Part shown: positions 38,401-50,951 of the stretch, piece after piece
Position numbering within the stretch: the stretch's first letter is position 1
Layout: every line of letters starts with the position of its first letter
DNA from: Octopus bimaculoides
Taxonomy: Eukaryota
DNA: 64,000 nucleotides
NCBI RefSeq assembly: GCF_001194135.2
Contig: NC_068982.1
Coordinates: 93,657,171-93,721,170 of the forward strand
Direction of reading: 5' to 3'
Notes under the pieces: model-generated
Told to the model about the DNA's origin: nothing
Seen by the model: the letters and a program-made list of their open reading frames with translations, nothing else
Database searches by the model: none
Made by a program: the position numbers and the translations under genes

Positions 38401-40040
38401 AACAGTACACTTTTAATATAACTCACAACCGTATATATGGAGAATTGTTGTGGATTATCACCAGGCAGTCTGATGATTTTGATGGTATTTTAACAAGTCA
38501 GTTGGGTGATTTAGGTGTTGTAAAAAATAGTTTGGTACATATTAGTTTGAATATTAATTTGAACATATTAGTTCATATTCCTCAATAATAGTTTGAGTAA
38601 ACAAAAATTAAATCAACATTCTTTGTTGTCTAGTGTCCAGGTCAGTCCTGATTGGACATTCCAGCCAGAACTACATTATCAAATGTGTATTTTTTTTTAA
38701 ATGGTGGTGTGGCTTGAAGATTTGAGAATATTTTTGCCTTCAGTTAACATGTTTTCTTCTAGTCAAATAGTTTACAGTGAAGTGGGTTCTAATTTAACGT
38801 GCCTCATTATTTAACCCTCTTAGACCTGTGCCCCTGTGTCTAACTTTACTCTCCACCTGGGTTCCTGAGCAAAGAAATAAATAGTTGCATACACAGCTCA
38901 AGAGTGATGATTGCAGGCAAATCAATGGCCAGACCTATCTCTCAACTTCTGTATTTGTTCACCCAAATTGCTACTTTCTTCATCACTTGTGCCAGTTTGT
39001 TTATTTGAATCACTATCATTGCCTGTATAAGGGCAAACTCTTCATTCAAAGATTAAATGGGAGTTTTTAAGCCTTGCTCTTTTACCAGGCAAAGTACTGG
39101 ATTCATCATGTATTTCACTGCAATAATCCATTTTTATCCATTAGAAACAAAAGTAGACAACAGCTAATTGGGTTCACTATTGATGAGTCATTAACTAACT
39201 ATAAACTGGCATTGTGGTGGTTGTCTACTTTTAGCAATTTGTTTTCTTTTTCAATGCATGTTGTTTATTGCTGCTGTAGTCTGCATAACATGGTTTCAAA
39301 ATCAGATATTCCAGTTTTTGTTTTAGTCAATGAATGCTTTCATTTATCTAGTGACACTGGTGTAAAATTTTTAAATGTTTTCAGCTTTAGCTCATGTATT
39401 TGTGAGGCTACAAAATTACATTGCACAAACTCTCCCAAAATGCATTGAAGGATAAACTTGAAAAGCTACTATCTGTACTTTCTGCTGTTAGGAAGTTAGG
39501 GATATTTTGTGAGTTTACAAATATTTTTTAAAACTAAATCAGTGTTTACTACTGTAAAAATATTCCAACTAGTATCAAAATTTCCAGCTTCACTACTACT
39601 ACTACCACCTCCTAATTGAGAACCATGACCCCTCATTTGAAGCTCATCATTATCACGTTCCACTTCAAATCTCTCTCCAACTAACCTGAAGTCATTAAAA
39701 TATGCTTGATCAAATTCCCATTATCTTCACATAAATTTTGTAGGTTCCTCATTTATTGTAAACTATCTATACTTGTGTATTTTCATCCCAGAAGTGCTCA
39801 GCTGTGGTGAGATATGCATGGTTAAAAAATTAGAGCAAGATTTAATTCTGCACTTTCGACCTATCTTAGTTCTGATAGGCTGATCTATTTTTAGTTTGCA
39901 TGGATATTTTGTATGGTTTTGACAATTCATACTATACCAGGAATTCTGCTGAATGTCAAGTTTGATATTGTTGGTGAACCAGGAATATAACCAGATAAGG
40001 TTAAATATTTTTTGATTTAACTGGAAAGCAGTCATTTTAA
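38400..40040 (-). mobile_element. Probable copia-type LTR retrotransposon relic
   Basis: Fragmentary integrase/RT-like remnants in broken minus frames; heavily decayed. Confidence 0.3.
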
Positions 40041-40393
40041 TATCATTAACAGTACAATACCACCACTGTTAGTTGGACAAAGGGTTACATGCTGCTAGAA
40101 TTAACCCATAGATTTACAGCTTGAGGTTTGCAAAAAAAAAAAAAAAACAGTTGCAAAAGCTTTAATCAAACTGCAGCGCATGACTCAATTTGGTGCCCTT
40201 CTTGATGATGAGTGCACTTGTGTGGCAGTGGTCCAGCTCCTTGGTCTCTGCATATGTGAGCTGCACAAATGTTGTGGAGGCAATGGATTCTGCCTTCATC
40301 CAATATCTTGCATCCATAATGTGGGCCAGTTCCCCCAACACACTCCTCTGAATGGCATCAGAAGTGGCCTCGATGCAGCCAGTTACTCATCAC

Positions 40394-41243
40394 GGATCTT
40401 TTCCCTTTCAATGGCAGATTGAGAAATTAATTTTTTGTAACTAGACACTTTCAAACTTCGGACAATGGTGGAATGTGTCATATAAAACATCTTTTACTCT
40501 TAGTGTTGTTGAGAAAAGTTTATATTTTCAAAGTTATTTCTAGTTAAAGTTGTCATATTTCAGTAATTTCAACCAGTCAATGACATGTATTTAGCTGAAT
40601 AAAATTACTGCCGTTGTTTAACAACTATTGACAGTGTATATTTCGTTTGTCACTGTTATTTATGACATTGTTCATGCGTTTAGTTTTAGGGTTACGGAAA
40701 AAAGTGAAAAATTAAGAAATTAGATAGGTAGTGGGGGTGCAAAAAAATTTCAAAAGTCCGGTTTTTGGCAAAAAATTTTTTTTTTAAATCAACTTGTGAG
40801 AAAATGTGGCAGTGGGGGAGGAAGTCTTTCTGAAAGTAATAGCTGAAAAACAGGAAAAAAAAGCCTGAAAGCAGTAGAAATGTACGAATGATTACGGTGG
40901 TGCCATGAAGTAAACATGCTTTAGATACTCGTTTATTCATACGAATGTAACTGAGATGAAATATGTCATAAATAACAGTGACAAAGGAAATATACACCGC
41001 CAATAGTTGTTGTTGACAAACAACAGCAGTAATTTTATTCAGCTGAATACATGTCATTGTTTGGTTGAAATTACCAAAATATGACAACTCTAACATGAAA
41101 TAACTTTGAAAATATAAACTTTTCTCAACAATACTAAGAGTAAAAGATGTTTTATATGACACATTCTACCAGTGTCCGAAGTTTGAAAGTGTTTAATTAC
41201 GAAAAATTAATTTCTCGATCTGCTGTTGAAAGGGAAAAGATCC
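40394..41243. mobile_element. Long-TIR non-autonomous DNA transposon (850 bp, ~285-bp TIRs)
   Basis: GGATCTTTTCCCTTTCAA...TTGAAAGGGAAAAGATCC flanked by an exact 8-bp TSD CTCATCAC (40386-40393, 41244-41251). Confidence 0.95.
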
Positions 41244-41679
41244 CTCATCACAATTGTAGCTAGCAGCTATTGACCATCAGGGTTGTAAGTGCCCCAATGG
41301 AATAACCTGCTTCACATACAAAGGAAGTAAATTCCTAATCTGGTATGTAATATATTGTGACACGTTCTCTGTTTTCAACCTTGCTGCATCAGCTGCAAAC
41401 CTGACCAGCCATTATCTGTTTGTATGGGTTGCCGTCAAAACCTCATATGTTCTCAAACCCTGCAACTGCTGATTTCGTTTGCAAAATCACAATGGCTTGT
41501 CTGAGAAATGGTGTGGCTGTTGTGAGTGCCACTGCCTGTTCTCCACTGTAGCACCTTTGTACTTATGTCTGCGAGGTGTGGCTGAACACACCATTTCTAC
41601 TGGGGTGCTCAACTGGTTACTCCTTTCTTGTCTTATGTTGCTTAACTCCTCTTTGCTTCCTTGTTGAAGTAATTCTAGT

Positions 41680-41713
<34 letters not shown>

Positions 41714-42550
41714 CTACAAGTTTGCCTTGAAAACAAGATTTGATAGAATGTTCATCTTCAGTTGACTCCTTTGCCAATTCTAAGCAGAAGCACTGCAACG
41801 TTTTCTGCTGTTAACTGAATGCATGTTTCTGATGAATTGTGTGATTTGAAGTTCTTCTCAAAGTAAAGAGCTTTTGAAACATTAATTACCTCCACACCAC
41901 CTCCATGTAGTGCAGCTTGCAGAATTTGACACCAGTTCCCAGAAAACACCACTGTAATTTCTCCAACAAATCTGCCAGTTTAATAGGCATGTCGGAATGT
42001 ACAGTTTGTTTTAGCCAATTCATTTATGATGAATTGTTTGACTGATAAACTGACCAATTGTACTCAGTGGAGAATGTACAATTCAGTTATTAAGTTAAAG
42101 TTTGGCAGCAATTCTTCAGGTTGCTGTTCCTAGAATAATCTTTATTTTCACATAACATTCTGTCAAGTGTTGTTGACAATAAGAAACTTTTGCCTCTTTG
42201 TTCATGACTCATGTAGCAACACATTCATGATCAGACTGAGTACAGAGTTCACTGCTCTGCATTCAGGACAGGTATTTTGGATTCCATTATGTTTCAACTT
42301 TTCTGTATCATATTTCACTTCGTATGATTTTGTTTGTGAGGCACAACTATGCTAATAACAGGACAAGGAGAAATTAAACCATTAAGAGCACTTAGTAATC
42401 CTGATAGTAGCCTCTTATAGGTTATCACAATGCATTTCATTCATACTTGAATTTCAGGAGTGAAAAAGTCACAGGGTTAAATGGTTTGTGAGATATGTGG
42501 TCATTAATTTAAAAAATTTTTTTCAAACATCTGATGAAGTGCCTTCTTAA

Positions 42551-45099
42551 CCCTTTAGCATTCAAACCGGCCAAAATTAATTCCTCTTTATTTGTTCAAA
42601 CTGGCCAAATCTGGCTGCTCTACAAAATTGCTAAAAAAATAAAGAAATCACGTTATTAAATTCTTGTAGCTTTGAGATAATGTGAGATGAAGCCTTTCCT
42701 GCCTTTATTCAAGTATAAATACTGTGAAATTGTTTAGACCACATGGTTTTCTCAACATTTGAAGAGAAGTCTGTACCTTAGTTTTTAATGAAATGACGTC
42801 AGCAAGTAGCGATTCCGACTTTGAAGGTTTTACTCTTGATTATATAGAAAATGTAAATGAAAACAAGAGTATTTAGTCTTTGGACGAATTTGATATCGAT
42901 ATTAGTGAATATTCATCAGACGAGGAAGATTTTGAGAACAAAAGTGATAAAAATGAAAGTGATGAAAATGATATCGTAAACATGGCAACATGGTCAAAGA
43001 TTACAACACCAATCACTATTCCTGATTTCACCGAAAACACTGGTCCACAACACAATTTACCTCCTGATGGACTATCTATTTTTTAATTTTTTACCAGAAA
43101 GTATTTTTGAAAATGTTAAGGAGTAACCAAAAAAATATATGCAACGTATAATTTCTATTTGAGGAAGAAATGATCCACTATGGCAGCCAGCTTATACTGT
43201 GGAAATGAGAGCGTTTCTCACATTCAGTATTATATTTGGTGTTAAACAGCTTCCTCCACTGTAGAACTACTGGAGTCCTGATATAAGGTATGGTGATCTG
43301 TATATCTCAAGTATAATGTTGAAGACGAGGTATTCGAAAATATCTCAGTATTTACATTTAATTGATTCTGCTAATGCCCCCAGCAAAAACGTCCCAAACT
43401 ATGATTCCCTCTACAAAGTACGTCCTGTAATTGATTTACTCCTTAATAGTTATAAAACTGTGTATCTACTTGGGAAAAAATCTCAGTGTAGATCAAACCA
43501 TTATAGGCTATAAGGGCAGAGTACATTTTCGGTAGTACATGCCGGCCAAATCCACTAAACGGGGGATCAAGGTATGGGAAGTTTGTGAATCAGACACTGG
43601 ATGTTGTGTAAACTTTGATGTTTACACAGATAAAAAATATAATGGAAACAGACCATATAGATTGGGACATGATGTAGTAGGGTCTCTTACTGAACCAGTT
43701 CACCATCAGCACTGACACCTCTATTTTGACTTTTTTTTTCTTCAGTGGCTTTGGCAGAAAGTCTTGCCTGTGTAAGTACTTACACATATAGCACTGTTAT
43801 GGGCAACCGTAAAGGTTTACCCCATGAAAGGAAAACAAAATTTTAAAAAAAGTGGAAATAATGCAAAAGGAAAATTTATTAGCTACTGCTTTCAAAGACA
43901 AAAGACAGATTTTATTTCTGTCTACTAATGAACAACCTGGTGTTGGTGTTGAGGGGAAACCCCTAGTGAATATTTGTTATAACAAATATAGGGTGGGGTT
44001 GATAAATCTGACCAATATCAGGCATATTATCTGGGAAGAAATGGAGGTACATTTTGTGATTTTTAGTTAATTTAACTATAGTAATTCATATATTGTATAT
44101 GTAAAAAGACACAAGGTACCTCTGCCACCAAAGGACTACAACCATTTGAAATTTCCGGTTGACATCACATCTCAGTGATGTGAGAGCTTTTCTTCAAGAA
44201 AGCGCAGAACTGGGAGAAAAGCAAAATTAACTGACGTGGATGTCAACAGAGAAAATATTGACTTTCATATAGTTGAAAAGATAAATTGAAGCAAAAAGTT
44301 TACAGACTGTGTTCACTGTAAGAAAGAAAAACTGCAAAAGGGTATCAGATTGAGACTTTGTATATGTGTTCCTTTTGCAAAGTGCCCTTGTGTAATGGGT
44401 GCTTTGGGAAGTTTTGTGACAGAAATATGTCATAACTATATTATCTTATCGTATATTCCTTTCACATTTTATTATGAATAATATGTGAAAGTGGGAAATA
44501 CATATTAATTTTCAGTATGTTACCCACTTATATTCACCTTTGTCTCGTCTGTTAATGAGCTTTTTTTTTTTATTAGATGCTTTCTGTTACATAAATGAAT
44601 TTATTAAATTATATAAGAGTACATAGCCAATGGTGTACTGACTAGTAAAAGAGTTTTGTACTTTATTTTCAATGAAACTGAAAGAATAAAATCTTGTACC
44701 AATTACACCTGTATTTTAATTAATTCAAATTAATGTACCTCATCTTGAAAAATGTAAAATTGTTGGTGGTTGACATCTGAGATAATTTTAGTAACAAATC
44801 AAACAGGTAAGATGTATTAAGAATATGAATTTTAGTGTTTGTTCATAATGTTACTGTTTTTACACCTGTTAATTAAATTTATCTGCCCATAAAAGTCAAA
44901 TTTAATCAGAAAGATCAGCTAAAATTACGTAACTATATAACTGGCATATAAGCACCCATTTACAAAATTTCAAATCTGTACATAGAAAATTAACAAAGTT
45001 ACAAGCAAATATTGCAGCCACCCCACTTGAACCTGAATAATTCAAAATAACATGAACAAATAAGCATTACATTTGACAAATTAATCTGACACTAAAGGG
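42551..45099 (+). mobile_element. Full-length degenerate piggyBac transposon
   Basis: TTAA|CCCTTTAG ... CTAAAGGG|TTAA, 2549 bp, enclosing a transposase pseudogene. Confidence 0.92.
42793..44435 (+). pseudogene. piggyBac (PGBD4-like) transposase pseudogene
   Basis: MTSASSDSDFEGF acidic N-terminus; YDSLYKVRPVID; VDQTIIGYKGR..YMPAKSTKRGIKVW; HLYFD; AFKDKR; C-terminal CVHC...CSFCKVPLC..CF Cys-rich domain. Multiple stops and frameshifts. Confidence 0.92.
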
Positions 45100-45103
45100 T
45101 TAA

Positions 45104-45720
45104 ATCATTTATTTCATCATCACTTTCCATCAGCCCTATTGGTTTGTAAGCCTCTTGATAAGTAGGTAATACATCTACAATTCTTAAACTACCAAATCCT
45201 GTTGGTTCTGGTTTATAGTATAGCAGCATTCTTATAAGATAAAACTCTTTCCAATTAGAATTCAAGATTTTTACTTGAAACTTGCCAGTCATTTCCCATT
45301 GCATTTTTATTTCATTTTCTCTTAACTGTTTAAGACCTTTTCCCAAGCTTATTGTTGATTCATCTGTAATACAAGATGAAACTCAAAGACTGTAGTCAAC
45401 TTAGTCATCTGATTTCTGTGCTGTACCTTTGTGTAATTTCATTGTTAGGGTGTTTGACTCATTACTGTTGTTTCCTGGCAGTCTAGAGAAGTTGTGGCAT
45501 TGTAACTTCTGATTTTGTTAAAGAAGTGATTGCCAGAAAAATGCTGTTTTACTTCTTCTGGAAGTGCTGGTTATTGAGTGTAATATTGCTTTTAATACAA
45601 CAGTGGTCTGAAGCCTCATCTTCAAATTAGTTCATTACAAAAACTGCACTGGCTTTCATTAATCTTATTGAAAAGTTCTGGCTTTGTAGTCTCAGTTATT
45701 GACTAGAAGTACTAACTTTC
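45104..45720 (-). mobile_element. Possible copia-type relic (region between integrase and RT)
   Basis: W..MTGKFQVKILN...GFGSLRIVD loosely resembles the corresponding copia segment. Confidence 0.25.
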
Positions 45721-46379
45721 AAGAATAAGCATAATTTAAAGCAATAACAATCTGGTTTTTCTCAAAGCTTCATGGAAGCAGTTTGAGCATTATGATTTCA
45801 GACAAATGAATACAGCAGACTCTTTTCTTTTAGATTTGTTTTACATAAACTTGGTTCATTAAAGCAGAATTTAATACATACGTACATACATAAATTATAT
45901 ATGTCATATACATGCATATTGTTTAGTATTATGAGGTGAACTGTTTATCATAACTGTAGCATTATAGTTTAATTTTGAAGTATCAGAGCACAGGAGTTGT
46001 TACAGTGACCTATATTATTTGCCTTCCTCTAGCTTTATATGATATGATATTTACATTCCTTGTTGATTATCAGATAATTATTCACCAAGTTACTTTAAAA
46101 GCTTATTGGGTAACTACTACAGTCAGTGTCTGAACAATGTTAAGTTTCTATTTTGAATTCAATTTCCATTATTCCAGTGGCTTTGTGTAGGTCATTCACC
46201 TGTTTCAGATAATTTCTGAGGGAAATTTATTTACTTTGTTTCAAGAAATTGCTTCAAACTGTAATACATTATGGGTAGTGGATGCTGCTAGAAAAGGAAG
46301 ATTACAAAACTAAAGGTTTTTGCATTATAATCACTTGAACAATAGGAAAAAATGCCTTACAGTATTTGTTCTGGCTTTT

Positions 46380-46990
46380 TATTGTAAGTTCAAATCCTGT
46401 GAAAGTCAACTTTGCTTTTCATCCTTTCAAGATCAATAAAGTACCAGAACATATTGTAGAGGTGATTTAAAAAAAAATTTTTTATCAGCTAATCCTTTCC
46501 TTCACTTTTCTGATCTTGTGCCTATGTTAGAAACAATTTTTTTCATTACATTCCACATTCATCCTTCAGAGTTGATAAAATAAGTGTTAATCAAATTTTG
46601 ATAGCTGTAAATAAATATATAACCTTGCACCTATATTGGTTTCAAATTTTGGCACAAGGTCAGCATTTTGGGAGAGAAGGGTAAGTCGATAACATTGATC
46701 CCTGTACTCAACTGGTACTTATTTTATTGACCTCAAAAGAATGAAAGTACACACAAAATGCTGCAAAGCATTTTGCCTTGTGTGCTACCGATTCTGCCAG
46801 CTTGTTGCCTTATCACTTTGCACCTCTATTACAAATCATTTTTGGAATGGTTGTTGCCAGAAACCACCACTCCAAAAATGGAGCAGCAAACAAAATTGTT
46901 ATTTTCATCCTTTTGGGGTTGATAAAATAAGTACCAGTTGAGAACTAGCCCCTAACCCCTAATTTCAGGCTTTGTGCCTACAATAGAAAA
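46380..46990. mobile_element. Cluster of four fragments of the second SINE family in both orientations
   Basis: Core ttcatcctt..ggggttgataaaataagtaccag on + at ~46385, ~46555 and 46903; reverse copy at 46625-46810. Confidence 0.75.
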
Positions 46991-47102
46991 AATTATTATT
47001 TTCATCTCTCAGGAGGTTGAAAAGTACAGGCTAATCATGTACTGATATCCATTTAATAGGGTATACTCTCCTGAAAAAATCGTGGCCTTGTGTGGAACTT
47101 TT

Positions 47103-47250
47103 TAAAACATTATTATTTACTGTTTTAGTTTATTTTTGTTATAATATTTTTGAAACAATATTATTTACTGTTTTAGTTTATTTTTGTTATAATATTTTTG
47201 AAACATTATTATTTACTGTTTTAGTTTATTTTTGTTATAATATTTTTGAA
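47103..47250. repeat. 48-bp tandem repeat x3
   Basis: Unit gaaacattattatttactgttttagtttatttttgttataatattttt. Confidence 0.95.
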
Positions 47251-48049
47251 TATATTTCTATATTGTTTTTAACATCTATTTTCTCAATTGTTTGAAGGGC
47301 ATGTCAGCATTACAAGCTAGTTTCATTAGTTTATTTTCCACTCAAAGTTTTCTTTGAGTTTCCTCTGCTTCAGTAAACTAATAATTACACTTTTGTTGTG
47401 ATTATACTTCGCTGTTGTGTTATATTTTCAGTCTAGTTTCTGTCAGTGTTGAGAGAAAAACATTATTTACCTCTTAATGCTTGATTGGAACTTCAGGCAT
47501 TGTAAATAGAGAAGTTTTGTGCTAGGTCTCTTGTTTTTAATAACATTTAATTAGTGTCCATTGATGAGGACTCCAATAAGCAATTGAAGGTGGAATATAA
47601 GGCTAAGCTATTGTATGCAAACTGTTCTGCTGTTAACTAATTACTTAAAATATTTTACAAGAATATATCTTTTAGTTTAAAACAAAATTCAGGATTCTTT
47701 TCTTTCATTAGACCTCAGCTATTCAGAGACACCACCTTGAAGTATTTGTATTAATCAGCTGCAGTATTTAGACTGGTATTTGAATTTTCTGTGTAAAGGT
47801 TAGGTGATATTAGTTGATGCAGATTTCCTATTGCTGGATGTTCTTCCTGTCACTAACTCTCAATTTTCATGCAAGACAGTATTTTCCCTTTGTCCTGAAG
47901 AATGTGAACATTATACAGTAATATTTGTTTGCAGCTAACATGTGATTTCATGACCAGGAAGCATGGACACTTACACATAAGCGTACACGCATGCATGCAT
48001 GCATACACATTCACACATATATGCATACATACACATATGCATACATGCA

Positions 48050-48103
<54 letters not shown>

Positions 48104-48104
48104 T

Positions 48105-48230
48105 GTATGTATCTCAAGCTCTGTGGTTAAGAAATTTGCGCAATTTGGGTGAAGTGTCTTCCACTGAAAGCTACAAGATGATCAAATCCTTGTGAGTGAA
48201 TTAGGTAGGCAGACGTTAGAAAGAAGTCCA
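48105..48230 (+). mobile_element. Degenerate tRNA-derived SINE head
   Basis: gctctgtggttaagaaattt...aaatccttgtgagtgaattaggtaggcagacg. Confidence 0.6.
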
Positions 48231-48499
48231 TGTTTTTGTTTGTGTCCTTGATTTGACATTTTGCACTAATTGTAAATATGCATTACTGTCATTCAAGATG
48301 TGTGTTGTTTACATTGTATGGAACCTCCCTGGACCAAGGGAAAATATTACTTTCCTGGGGAAATGAGTGAGAGTTAGTATCACAAAGAGCATCCATTCAC
48401 AGAATACAGTGCCTTGATGATTTACATATGTGTGTTTGTGTGTGAAATCTCGTCAGCTCCTAGTTTCTGAGCATTTCTTTTGGTGAAGAAATGCTGGTG

Positions 48500-48930
48500 A
48501 TATGGTTTTGATTAGGGTGAATCCCTACTTGCCAGGAAGTGAGCTATGTATTGTGGTCTTGAAGACATCCTCTGCAGTATGATTGAGATGTGACCTGCAG
48601 GATGAAACTACAATGGACTGCTGCCAGTCCAGGTGTTGCTTGAACCACACTTCATAGCCAGTTTTTTTGGCTTTGCCTTCTTCCATCAGTTCATCCATTG
48701 AGATCATAGGTTTTCATCTACTTTATCTGCTGTTGGGGGCTTTCTTTTATTTTTTTATTCTTTATTGAAGGTATGCCCCTGCAGATCTGCCCAGGTCAAT
48801 AGGAACAAGCTCTCCTTGTGAATGTTTCAGCTGAGGCAGTCTTGCTACTGAATCAGAGGTTCTGATCATAACTGATTACCTGAGAGTGTGTGGATCAGTA
48901 TCCGAGGAGAGGTTACATGTTCCTCATAAC
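48500..48930 (-). mobile_element. Decayed RTE LINE 3' coding end
   Basis: EGKAKKTG..WFKQHLDW...TAEDVFKT resembles GRRRGRxxKxWxDNIxxW...AEDR. Confidence 0.5.
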
Positions 48931-48984
48931 TCATTGAAGGGAACTGCCTCTATATAGCCTTTGAGCTAATATGCACAAAGAGAG

Positions 48985-49140
48985 AAAAAAATGCCTCTCT
49001 CATTTCATGTCTACCAAATCCCCTCACAAGTTTTTGGTTGACTCAGAGTTATAATAGAAGGCCCTTATTCAGGGAACCACATAGTGGAATTGGACCTGAA
49101 ACCATATGGTTGAGAAGTGGACTTCTTAACCACATGGTCA
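48985..49140 (-). mobile_element. tRNA-derived SINE head
   Basis: ctaccaaatccctcacaag...gaaaccatatggttgagaagtggacttcttaaccac. Confidence 0.7.
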
Positions 49141-49679
49141 TACTTCTTTGTGTGTATGTGTACTTATATGACCTTCAAAATTTCACTGAGGTACTGGACT
49201 GGCAACTTCGAATCTTCTTAGGAATCCTTCCATAGTAAATAAGGAAATGATTAACAATTTTTAAATCAGCAATCATTCAAGAGATGGATAATGGCCAATT
49301 CTGGTAAAGTGTAGAAGGTGATTAGCCAAATGAGAACTTGTAATGCCACTAGCATTGATAAAACCCCTTCATTAATTCTATGTAGAGGTGATAAATTGGC
49401 CGGTACTATTCACTGACTAATAGATAAATTTTTGCATTTAGTGTCCAAAGCTGTCAAGATATAAGGATGGGATTAATAAACTATTAGTGTACCACATTGC
49501 TTTCAGTCATTAAGAAAATACTTTTAAGGTTTTTTTTTAAAAATAGACTTCTCCATGTGTGTGTCTGTCTTATTAGAAATCCAATGTAGCTCCATCATGT
49601 CTTGGTCTTACTGGAAAACCAGTGGATATAATTTTCACTGTATGGCAATTATAAAAGAAATATATTGACATCTATCAAG

Positions 49680-49945
49680 TGTTTGTTGATCTCAGGAACG
49701 CCAATGAACATTTTTTTTACTGCTTGGCAATTACTAGAAAAATCTATTGAACAGTGTGATCTCTATAAAAGGTTTATTGATCTTATGAAAACTTTTGACA
49801 TGGTTAATAGAACTGTATGAGAAAAGTTGGCTGGCCACCCAAATTTGTTGACGTTTTGAGACAGTTCCATAGTATAAAAGCAAGGGTATATTTCAATGGT
49901 AAAGCTGCCTCCAGTTGAAAATAATGTCGTAAAAAGAATTTCCTG
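49680..49945 (+). mobile_element. RTE reverse transcriptase relic
   Basis: FIDLMKTFDMVNR (cf. FIDLTKAFDTVNR) followed by ARVYFNG-like residues. Confidence 0.65.
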
Positions 49946-50403
49946 TCTCTAGTTTTCAATCTGTTTAGCTCTAATACTCACAATTTCTTTTAGGGACTGT
50001 GATACTGGCATGTTAAATGTAATTTTTTTTTTTTTAATTTTTTTTTTTGGGTCTGACTTTAAGACAAAGTCTAAAATATATGCTTCAATAATCATATCTT
50101 TTTCTGCACTCTCAGAAAGTGATCTAAAGGAAATTTTGGACAAATTTTGAAAAATAATTTTGTCTAAAGCATAAGTGATTCTCACTACTGTCTCTAGAGA
50201 TCTTTACTAGGTGCCATCAGTATTAAGTAAGTGGACTGAAACCTATTGGTATTTTGCTATTTTGGAAATATGGCATAGACTGGGGAAGACCATATTGATT
50301 TTTGATAGATTGGAAGCTTGAGTGTGGTTACTCAAGCTGCAAGTGCATTGCTGAGTTGGGGTTTGAACAGATAGATATAAGGTAGTTTAAGTAATGCTTG
50401 AAG

Positions 50404-50450
<47 letters not shown>

Positions 50451-50637
50451 AGAATAGCTACCTATAACATTCTGAGCATTAAAACCATTGTGGTATTTGT
50501 GTGTGGTTAAGAAAGTAGTTCCTTACAAGAAATAGGAAGTTCCTGGCAATAGTTATCACTGCATTTCAATTATGAGGGTGATTACACCTGAATTACTTTC
50601 CACTGTCTGGTACTTCTTGGGCATGGGGATAGGTTGG

Positions 50638-50668
<31 letters not shown>

Positions 50669-50714
50669 AAAAGCATTTTTAGCTAAGGCATTATTATTGT
50701 AGGGGACTTTTTTG

Positions 50715-50951
50715 TTAGAAATTTACCCATTGTAGGAAAAGTAGGAGACTCTTATTGATGCTTGTTAGTAGGTTCCTAATTATAGCTGGGAGGTGATAGT
50801 TCTTATGGATGTATACTGTTTCCTTGTCAGGTTTCATGTAAGTGTGGCGCTTACCTGTCTTACAAGCTAATGTAATATCCAAGAAATTGGCTATCATGAG
50901 GTTGGTGGAGAGGGGCATATTCAAAAGGTTTGGTTTTTCTACAATTTTCAT
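50715..50951 (-). mobile_element. Penelope-like element RT fragment
   Basis: NFLDITLACKTGKRHTYMKPDKETVYIHKNYHLPAIIRNL matches the PLE pattern NFLDVTLDLxTGxYxPYxKP...YIHxxSNHPPxIIKNL. Confidence 0.8.

Noticed and set aside
46209-46313. Protein-like frame IISEGNLFTLFQEIASNCNTLWVVDAARKGRLQN* after a good acceptor
   Set aside because: Phase 0 entry does not fit E8 as modelled and there is no strong donor; unresolved without RNA data.
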